NCBI GenBank assembly: GCA_007131285.1
Contig: SLQV01000017.1
Location: 1-61,128 of the forward strand
DNA from: Myxococcales bacterium
GTDB lineage: Bacteria; Myxococcota_A; Polyangia; Polyangiales; SLQV01
Direction of reading: 5' to 3'
DNA: 61,128 nt
The position numbers and the translations under genes are program-made. Positions 39,489-46,879 of this stretch are shown piece after piece (position 1 is the first letter of the stretch; the number at the start of each line of letters is the position of its first letter). Under the pieces are notes generated by a model. It was given only the letters and a program-made list of their open reading frames with translations, did not search any database and had not been told where the DNA came from.

Positions 39489-40044
39489 GCAAGGCCAGGG
39501 CCGACTAGGTAGGTGCCAATCTTACCCGAAGACCCCAACCTTACATCCGACCCGAGGCATGGCTGCGCTCATTCGGCTGCGCCGCAGCGACCAGGCATTC
39601 GCTACTCACGAGACGGCGCACCACCACGCGTCGCGGCGGCGTTTAGACGTCCCCACCCGACCATCAGGCGACACTAGGATGTGCAACCCCTGAGTGTAGC
39701 ATATGCCTCGTTCAGATGGCCTTGCTTGCAAAGGCCCATGCTCGAATCGATCAAGCGAAGCCATTGCGGAGCCTGGCGCTTTTTGTCCCACTGATACCTA
39801 ACTTTGCTGGCAGGAGTGCTGTGCCGCAAACTTTCGCCAGACCGCTTCGCGGCAGGTAAGCGCGCGACAGAGTGTCAAACACACAAGCCAATCGCGGGCG
39901 GCGTATGACAGCGACGTCAATCCAAGGAGGCTTGAAGCCCCAGCACTTCACCTCCGAGACCAGCACATAGACCTCCGCGACAGCATACAGCTCCGGGTCG
40001 TCGCGGCGCGCACTGCTCCGACGAAGTCTCTGGCGAGATCTTGC

Positions 40045-40179
40045 CTAGCGTCGGCGACCGAGGGGGCGGCTCTGCATACCATTAACGCGGCGACGCTCTT
40101 TTGCCTTCAACTTAGCGCTATGGCGGGCGCACTTGGTACGCGAAGCGCGGCGGGACTTTTTGCTGATCGGAAGATACAT
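40045..40179 (-). CDS. Very basic 44-aa hypothetical protein (below ORF-track cutoff)
   Basis: Hand translation gives MYLPISKKSRRASRTKCARHSAKLKAKERRRVNGMQSRPLGRRR (18 of 44 residues are Arg/Lys, 1 acidic). GAGG lies 7 nt upstream of the ATG at 40179. It sits 44 nt downstream of tRNA-Phe on the same strand. Confidence 0.35.
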   Translation of the reverse strand: MYLPISKKSRRASRTKCARHSAKLKAKERRRVNGMQSRPLGRRR

Positions 40180-40223
40180 GGGAAAACCTCAAGCGCTGAA
40201 GGTCAGCGCGCCCGAACCCGGGG

Positions 40224-40296
40224 TGCCCAGAGACGGATTCGAACCGCCGACACGAGGATTTTCAATCCTCTGCTCTACCAACTGAGCTATCTGGGC
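40224..40296 (-). tRNA. tRNA-Phe (anticodon GAA)
   Basis: The reverse complement folds as a cloverleaf: GCCCAGA/TCTGGGC acceptor stem, GCTC-AGTTGGTA-GAGC D arm, GAGGA-TTGAAAA-TCCTC anticodon arm, GGTTCGAATCC T arm. CCA is not encoded. Confidence 0.95.
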
Positions 40297-40310
40297 CGCG
40301 GCGCGCTAGA

Positions 40311-41696
40311 ATGCCCGACGCTCCCTTTTTGTCAAGGACAGCCACAACCTCACCCGTGAACATCTTCTCCGACGCACTTCAACAGGAACTCGAGGCGCGC
40401 GAGTGCGGCATCGTCTCCGCGCGACGCAAGCAACGTTACGGCGTCACTATTCCGCCTATCTGGGCACGCGCCCATGGCGCCGACCTTCGTGACAGCGCGG
40501 GCCGTTCCTACCTCGATCTGACAAGCTCCTTCGGGGCCGCTCCCCTTGGCCAAAGCAATCTGCGCTGGCTGGGCGCGCTCCTATCACAGGGGCTCACCCT
40601 TTCCCACGGGCTTGGCGACCTCCATCCCAATGAAGCAAAGGTTCGTTTGCTCGGCGCACTCGGCAACCTTGCGCCCTGGCCCGATGCGCGGGTCATGCTG
40701 GGCCTTAACGGATCGGATGCCGTCGATGCGGCGCTCAAGACGGCATTGCTCGCCACTGCCAGACCGCATGTGGTCGCGTTTCGTGGTGGTTACCACGGAC
40801 TCATGCTTGGACCGCTCGCGGTATGTGGTTTGAGCGAGACGTTCCGGCAACCGTTCGCGGCAGCGCTGCGCCTGCGGGTTTCCTGGCTCGACTTCCCCAC
40901 CTCCACGGAGGCCGCCAAGCAAACCTTGAACGCGTTTGCAGTACTTCTTCAGCAAACGCAGCCGCCGGGGCTCCTGCTTTTCGAACCCATACTCGGGCGT
41001 GGAGGCGTCACGCGTGCCCCCGACGGGTTTCTTGCTCAACTAAGCGACCTTGCGCGCAAGCACGGCTGCCTGAGCGCGGCGGACGAAATTTTGACCGGCC
41101 TCGGTCGCACAGGCGTGTGCTGGGAGAGCACTGCCCAGGGAGCCCTGCCGGATATGATCTGTGCCGGCAAGGCTCTGGGGGCTGGTTTGCCAATCAGCGC
41201 ACTGCTCCTCAATCGCGAGAGCGCGCGCGCATGGTCCGGGCAGCAGGCGGCGTTCGGGGCCCTCCACACGGCAACCTACTTCGGCTCACCGCTTCTGTGT
41301 GCTGCCGCGCTTGCCTACTTGAAGGCTTTGGCGCGACCAGGTTTTCTACAGCAAGTACGCACGGCTGGCAACGATACGCTCGGGCGTTTACGTCGCGCGT
41401 TAAGCCCCCTCGGCGGCGGCGTCAAAGTGGTTGGACGCGGATTACTGATCGGGTTGGTTTTCGAAAGCGGCCCGGTTGCCTTGGCCGCGCTGGACAGGTT
41501 ACGGGACCGCGGCATTATAGCACTGCTAGCCGGCGCATCCGGCGAGGTCATTCAACTGCTACCGCCGCTAAATCTCGGTGCAAAAGCCTACGCACGCATG
41601 AGCACCGCAGTATCAGACGCCATCCTGGATTCTGCTAGCGGACGCCCACATCGGCCTGCAGCCCGGAGGCAGGAGGCCGAGAATGCGGCTGCCTGA
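40311..41696 (+). CDS. Class-III PLP-dependent aminotransferase (acetylornithine/GABA/omega-aminotransferase family)
   Basis: YLDLTSSFGAAPLG, NGSDAVDAALK, DEILTGLGRTG, candidate PLP Lys in ICAGKALGAGLPISA. Confidence 0.88.
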   Translation: MPDAPFLSRTATTSPVNIFSDALQQELEARECGIVSARRKQRYGVTIPPIWARAHGADLRDSAGRSYLDLTSSFGAAPLGQSNLRWLGALLSQGLTLSHGLGDLHPNEAKVRLLGALGNLAPWPDARVMLGLNGSDAVDAALKTALLATARPHVVAFRGGYHGLMLGPLAVCGLSETFRQPFAAALRLRVSWLDFPTSTEAAKQTLNAFAVLLQQTQPPGLLLFEPILGRGGVTRAPDGFLAQLSDLARKHGCLSAADEILTGLGRTGVCWESTAQGALPDMICAGKALGAGLPISALLLNRESARAWSGQQAAFGALHTATYFGSPLLCAAALAYLKALARPGFLQQVRTAGNDTLGRLRRALSPLGGGVKVVGRGLLIGLVFESGPVALAALDRLRDRGIIALLAGASGEVIQLLPPLNLGAKAYARMSTAVSDAILDSASGRPHRPAARRQEAENAAA

Positions 41697-42789
41697 ACCA
41701 CTACGCTCGCGGGTGCTCGGTGCGCTCCAAACGCAGGAAAACAAAGGGTATCCCTATTTTGACAGCCTTCTGGCGGAGCTGAAGTCTTGGCAATCCGGCC
41801 AAATCCCAGCGCTGGCGCGGCTGGCTGCCTACGGTCCTGAAATGCCGGCGCCCATCAGTCTTTTCCGAGACGGATGCCTCATTAGGCCCGCAGGCGGTCA
41901 AGGAACCAGTGCGCGAAGCCTGCGCTTCGAAAGCTCAGGCACCACAGCCGCGGAACGGGCAGTGCATGTGCTCGAGGAGGCAACGTTTTATGACACTGCC
42001 GCCTTGGCCTGGGGGCGCGCACACGTATTGAGCGGCGCGCTTCCCTCTACTTGGCTAGTGCTTGTTCCCGACCCTGCCGCGCTGCCACACTCTTCATTGG
42101 GTCACATGCTCGCAACCTTCCAGCGTGCTTCAGAACCCAAACGCGTGTGCTGGCTCGGCGTCGACCAAGCCGCCGTGGCTGCCAAGCACCTTGTCGAGCT
42201 AGCGAAAACGCGTCAGCCTGTGGCCATCTTTGCGACTGCCTTTGCTCTCGCAGACGCTCTCGACGCGCTACCACGAGAGATCGTACTCGCGCCCGACAGC
42301 CGCATCATGCAAACCGGTGGCTACAAGGGCCGTCGGCGCGCCTTAAGTTTCGGTGAACTGGCAGAGTGCGTGGACGCACGGCTTGGGCCGGTATCCTTGT
42401 GGTCCGAGTACGGCATGACCGAACTCGCATCACAGCTCTACGCACCCGATCCCCGCAGCGCGTCAACACGATTATCCGCTCAGAGCGATACGGACCAGGC
42501 ATGCTCCCCGACCTCCCCGGGGCGCGTGCTGTCTTTTGAGCCCCACTACGAGGCGCCTCCCTGGGTGCGCCTCACCATTCGCGACACGCGCACGCTAGCA
42601 GCACTGCCGCAGGGTCGAGAGGGGCTGATTCAGGTCGACGACCTAGCCAACGTTTACGGATGCGCCTCAATCCTAACGGAAGACATTGGCATGCTGACAG
42701 AAGAGGGAAAGCTTCTTCTCCGCGGCAGGGCTCCCCAAAGCCCCCTACGCGGCTGCTCGCTTGCATCCGAGCTAGACGAGACCCCATGA
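41683..42789 (+). CDS. LuxE-like acyl-protein synthetase (adenylate-forming)
   Basis: About 368 aa. FESSGTTAAE (SSGTTG-like P-loop), MQTGGYKGRRR, SEYGMTELASQLY. AGGAGG lies 8 nt upstream of the ATG. Overlaps the aminotransferase gene by 14 nt. Confidence 0.78.
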   Translation: MRLPEPLRSRVLGALQTQENKGYPYFDSLLAELKSWQSGQIPALARLAAYGPEMPAPISLFRDGCLIRPAGGQGTSARSLRFESSGTTAAERAVHVLEEATFYDTAALAWGRAHVLSGALPSTWLVLVPDPAALPHSSLGHMLATFQRASEPKRVCWLGVDQAAVAAKHLVELAKTRQPVAIFATAFALADALDALPREIVLAPDSRIMQTGGYKGRRRALSFGELAECVDARLGPVSLWSEYGMTELASQLYAPDPRSASTRLSAQSDTDQACSPTSPGRVLSFEPHYEAPPWVRLTIRDTRTLAALPQGREGLIQVDDLANVYGCASILTEDIGMLTEEGKLLLRGRAPQSPLRGCSLASELDETP

Positions 42790-43985
42790 GCGCACCTAGC
42801 AAACGTGTCACCCCTGGCGCACCCTTGGGCACGGAGGCGGAGACCAGACGCTCTAGACACGACGCCGCGACCACCCGAGAAGATCATCCCGCGCAATCGC
42901 AGCGCGCAGAAGCGACCGCCATCAAACCTCACGTCGCGCCCACTGCGCCCAGCAACGAGCGAGACGCCGCTGCGCTCATCAGCCGATTGGCCCTCTGCCC
43001 ACCGACGCGCATCGCAGCAGAGCACCGAATCTCGGTTGCTTTATTGCTGGGCGAGACGGTGCTCCAAGCTTACACGCCCATTCTGCTGGGTGCGTTGTCC
43101 GTCGCGTCGCGGTTGACTATCAAGGTACCAAGTCCCCCCGCATGCTCGAATCGAGACACTATCAGCACCAACTCCCGCATGCGCGGATTTGTTGAGGCTG
43201 CTGTCAACGCATACCAGCGCGGAACGCCGCCGGGTGAAAGGCCCAGCGTTCGTTGGCTGGAGCAGCGCCTCAATGCAGCCGAACTCGATGCCTTCTGTGC
43301 AGGGCACGCGTTGGTCTATGCCCAAGGAAACGAAGCGCTTATGCGCGCCCTACGACAGCGCCTCGACACTCGGCGCCTCATTGAGCGTGGTCCTGCCTAC
43401 GGCGCAGCGATCATCGACCTGCGTGGGGCCGATACCGCGGGAGCCTGCGCCACTCTCGCACGCGCGCTTGCAAAAGACTTCTTCGACTCAGGAGGACTAG
43501 GTTGCATGCACCCGCGGACCGCTGTGTGCATAGGAGAGCCCAAAACGTGCGCGAGCTTTATCGAAGAGCTGCGCGTCGTGCAGCCAGGCGCAGGCGCCGC
43601 ACCGCTATGCCGCTTTGCCCTAGAAGCCGCGGCTCGAGGGCGAATCTTTCCGTGGGGTGCCGGCACACTCGCGCACCTGCCGAGTCCCAACCGCCTGATC
43701 GTCGCCGAGCACAGTGAGGATCTTCCCATACACAGCGTAGCCTGTCCGCAGGAAGCAGCAGCGCTGCTCCTGCACGCGCCGAAGCGCATTCGAGCCATCG
43801 CGTCCGCGCCCTTCCCATTGGCTTCGATGCTTGTCCCCGCGATCAGCACGCACGGCAACGTGCGCATCGCTCCCTTGGGCACTCTGCAAGCAACCGTCCA
43901 CGACACCGCCGATGAGGGCTGGGATCCTCTATGCCTTTTTCGCACGCGTGCCGCGCTCTTAGGCACGCGCGCACAACCGATCTAA
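42786..43985 (+). CDS. LuxC-like acyl-CoA/acyl-protein reductase
   Basis: The internal ATG at 42786 forms an ATGA overlap with the luxE-like stop. LuxC-family-like blocks are present (ILLGALSVASRLTIKVPS; ERGPAYGAAIIDLRG; DFFDSGGLGCMHPRTAV with a candidate catalytic Cys). The N-terminal ~60 aa are low-complexity. Confidence 0.62.
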   Translation: MSAPSKRVTPGAPLGTEAETRRSRHDAATTREDHPAQSQRAEATAIKPHVAPTAPSNERDAAALISRLALCPPTRIAAEHRISVALLLGETVLQAYTPILLGALSVASRLTIKVPSPPACSNRDTISTNSRMRGFVEAAVNAYQRGTPPGERPSVRWLEQRLNAAELDAFCAGHALVYAQGNEALMRALRQRLDTRRLIERGPAYGAAIIDLRGADTAGACATLARALAKDFFDSGGLGCMHPRTAVCIGEPKTCASFIEELRVVQPGAGAAPLCRFALEAAARGRIFPWGAGTLAHLPSPNRLIVAEHSEDLPIHSVACPQEAAALLLHAPKRIRAIASAPFPLASMLVPAISTHGNVRIAPLGTLQATVHDTADEGWDPLCLFRTRAALLGTRAQPI

Positions 43986-44035
43986 GACAGCGCGCTAGCT
44001 CAGGTCACTGTTTTAAGCCACGCGGCTTCACACTG

Positions 44036-45148
44036 CTACGGCAAGTTAAGCGCCGCTTCGCTCGGCGTACCCTTGGGTAACCTCGCGCCAGCGAGCTGGA
44101 CGAAAGGTGCGGGCACGCCCGAGGCATAGGGTTGCTCTTGCGCATAACGGGCGCGGTCAGACTCGTCATGGAGTAGCAGCACTGCGTTGACTTGAGCCAT
44201 CTCTTTCGCGAACACCGGATGCTGCGCTATGCCCAAAGCGAGTTCATTTGCCAGCGCGCTTCGCGGACCGGAGGGGCCGACCGCTTCGAGCAGGAAGTTG
44301 ACCGCAAAATCGAAGACGCTGAGGTAATCCGGGTAGCGACGCGCACCGGGCCTGAACGCGTAGCTGATGGGCACATCAAAGACGCGTCCCCCACCCCCGG
44401 GAAACTGGAGTCGCGTCGCGCGGAAAAAGAAGGCCTCGCAATGCTGGCCTTGAGCGAGCACACGTTCGGTCTCGGACGCACCCTCTTCCCCCGTTTCGGG
44501 ACGCTCCCTCCCCCGCTCTAAGCGTGTCTGCCAATAAACGGCAGACGCGCGGTAGGTCGGAATATAAGCCGACCCCCCCACCTCAACGAAAGAAGCAACG
44601 GCCCGTAGCTGCGGTGCAGCCCGCAACACAGACGCAACTGCCTGACGGTTTAGATCCTCCCAAAGGGGCACGCCGGCCGGGTTCGCCGCGGCCTTAGCCA
44701 CAAATGCGGCCAGTGCTGCATTGACGTCTCGACGGCCTCCGGCTGTCCGCGTCTCCCCGACCGCATCCTCCTTCTCCTCGTCGGGATCGGAGCGCTCACC
44801 GTCTAGATACGTCATGACGAAGGAAACCGGGCTCACCGTCCATTGCTGCTTCACGGCGACGGTAAATCGGGTTGTGCGAAAAGGCGGCTCAGCGGCAAGC
44901 AAGGTGCGCGCACTGGCGCAGAGTGGGGTAGGCTCGATATTCCCCGTCGGTGAACTGACAGCATGTATCGCTCCCCCGCGGCCCCCACAGGCCACCGCCC
45001 AAACCATCAGCACTAGCGCAGCAGGACCCGCGACATGCAGGGTTCGCACTTTTCCGCAACTAGGCACCGCACACCTGCGATCAGGCAGGGCCATGGTCAG
45101 CGCGCCGTTGCCGCAACCGATTGAAGTGCTCGCTGCGTACTGAGGCAT
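44036..45148 (-). CDS. Hypothetical lipoprotein
   Basis: Signal plus lipobox (AALVLMVWAVACGG). The start may be the internal Met at 45094. No motif recognised. Confidence 0.6.
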   Translation of the reverse strand: MPQYAASTSIGCGNGALTMALPDRRCAVPSCGKVRTLHVAGPAALVLMVWAVACGGRGGAIHAVSSPTGNIEPTPLCASARTLLAAEPPFRTTRFTVAVKQQWTVSPVSFVMTYLDGERSDPDEEKEDAVGETRTAGGRRDVNAALAAFVAKAAANPAGVPLWEDLNRQAVASVLRAAPQLRAVASFVEVGGSAYIPTYRASAVYWQTRLERGRERPETGEEGASETERVLAQGQHCEAFFFRATRLQFPGGGGRVFDVPISYAFRPGARRYPDYLSVFDFAVNFLLEAVGPSGPRSALANELALGIAQHPVFAKEMAQVNAVLLLHDESDRARYAQEQPYASGVPAPFVQLAGARLPKGTPSEAALNLP

Positions 45149-45352
45149 AGGGTCCGCGTTTAGATGGCCGCGTTACCCCACGCAACCCAAAGCGCGACGA
45201 AAGACGCGGGCGCGAAAGCAGCTTCGTTGCGCTGGGGCTGTCGGCAGAGGTAGGACGCAACACTGGCATGCAAAGCATATGTCCCTTTAGGGTCTTCACA
45301 TGCTCAACTCACGTTAGGTGCTCGCGCCGCCCCCGCATCGAGCTGTTCGAGC

Positions 45353-46453
45353 TTAAGGCACGCCCTCCCATGATCCTTCCGCGCCGAGCCCAGGCGTCTG
45401 GTTCAGTAGCAGTTCACCGGAAACTAGCTTAGGCGGCGCCGCGAGATCGCTGCCAAAGTAGCGCGCGGTGGCAAGACCGCAGGGCAACGCGAGCGCCGGT
45501 GCTGCGGCCGCGGTTTGAGCCGTCGCCCAGAGTCCAACAGCGCTCTCCAGACTGTTGGTAATCACATAGGGGGTACCGCGGGCGGCGAGCTGTACGGCAA
45601 CGCTCAGCGTTCGGTCTGGCCCGCCTAGCCGCTGCGGCTTCAGCACGATACCGGCCCCCGCACCCGCATCGAGCAACGTCTCTATGACGGTCCAAGCGGA
45701 CGCACTTTCATCGAGAAAGACAGGGCATGGGGCCTCGCGAGCCGCCGCCGCAAGCTCCCCTGGCGTCGCGCTTGCATTAAGAGGTTGCTCGATGTAGGCA
45801 GGTTTAAAGGGTGCGAATGCCCGAAAATAGCGTAACGGATCTGCGCTCCACGCTTCATTAGCGTCAAGCCTCAACGCCGCAGACGGCAGAGCCGCTCGGA
45901 CGGCAGCCACCCGCGCCGCATCAAGAGCGTCATCCGCGCCGCATTTTATTTTGAGCGTGGTCAGCCCCTCAGCCGCCAACGTTTCCGCATGGCGCGCCAG
46001 TGTCGCGGGTTCACGGTCGGTGAGCAAACCGTTCACCAAAATCTTATCACGCGCTCCCTTACCCTGCAGCGCTTCCAGCCTATCACACGCAACTAAATAG
46101 TGACGCAACGGCAGCGCCGCCGCGGCTGCTTCGGCAGCGAGTAGCGCCGTCGCAAACCCGCAGCGCACCCGAGATCCAAGCTCCGGTGCATCGAGAAGTG
46201 CCCATGCTGCCTCACGCGAACACACCGCCCTGAGTGCCAACAGAACCGCTTCAGCAGCACGTCTTACCTCCAGCGGCATGCCGAGGTTCGGTGGCGGGGC
46301 CACCTCCCCAAACCCTACCGCGCCGCCCAGCACGCAGCGCACCAGAAGTCCCTGACGCTGGGCATTCTCTCCTTTCGCCCACCGGTAGGGTTCGCTTAGC
46401 GCCAACCGGTAGGGTCGCAGCTCCCAGACATCTCCGCACCGCATACTCGCCAT
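45353..46453 (-). CDS. Enolase-superfamily enzyme (o-succinylbenzoate synthase / dipeptide epimerase-like, MR/MLE family)
   Basis: KxK (LKIKCG), metal ligands in LRLDANEAW, YIEQPL and VFLDES, second Lys in VLKPQRLGG. The internal Met at 46453 is preferred over the track start at 46600. Confidence 0.8.
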   Translation of the reverse strand: MASMRCGDVWELRPYRLALSEPYRWAKGENAQRQGLLVRCVLGGAVGFGEVAPPPNLGMPLEVRRAAEAVLLALRAVCSREAAWALLDAPELGSRVRCGFATALLAAEAAAAALPLRHYLVACDRLEALQGKGARDKILVNGLLTDREPATLARHAETLAAEGLTTLKIKCGADDALDAARVAAVRAALPSAALRLDANEAWSADPLRYFRAFAPFKPAYIEQPLNASATPGELAAAAREAPCPVFLDESASAWTVIETLLDAGAGAGIVLKPQRLGGPDRTLSVAVQLAARGTPYVITNSLESAVGLWATAQTAAAAPALALPCGLATARYFGSDLAAPPKLVSGELLLNQTPGLGAEGSWEGVP

Positions 46454-46627
46454 GTTAGTACCAAACGTCGAAACGCAGAAACACGACGCCGAGGCGTTCG
46501 AGGGCTTGCGCCGTGCCACAGCCTCGACAATCCGAGCCAACCGCGGTTGGCCGTTCGGGCGCAGCAAAGGTCGGAACCTGTGGGTCCATGAGGCCGTCAC
46601 AGGGCAGCGCTTGCGGGTCAGTCGAGG

Positions 46628-46701
46628 CGCGCCCGGGAGGACTCGAACCTCCGACCGTCGGCTTAGAAGGCCGCTGCTCTATCCACCTGAGCTACGGGCG
46701 C
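46628..46701 (-). tRNA. tRNA-Arg (anticodon TCT)
   Basis: Reverse complement GCGCCCGTAGCTCAGGTGGATAGAGCAGCGGCCTTCTAAGCCGACGGTCGGAGGTTCGAGTCCTCCCGGGCGCG. Canonical arms, anticodon loop CTTCTAA. Confidence 0.95.
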
Positions 46702-46879
46702 CCGTTGATAATACTTGGTTTTTTTCGGTGCTCGCCGTCAACCGTCACACCACCAGCAGCGCAGCTGCCCGCCACGCTTGCCCGAGTCCTAGCGCATATT
46801 TGGAGCGTTAGCTCGCCTTCCAGCGCCATCGCATTCGTGCACCCAGCGATCGCCCTCTCGCAGAGCACCAGGCGGACGC

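Noticed and set aside
40120-40359. 79-aa plus-strand ORF spanning the tRNA-Phe locus
   Set aside because: It reads straight through the reverse complement of a canonical tRNA, and the region is better explained by the tRNA.
40823-41638. 271-aa plus-strand ORF in an alternative frame of the aminotransferase gene
   Set aside because: It is an Arg-rich off-frame translation. The annotated frame carries the PLP aminotransferase motifs.
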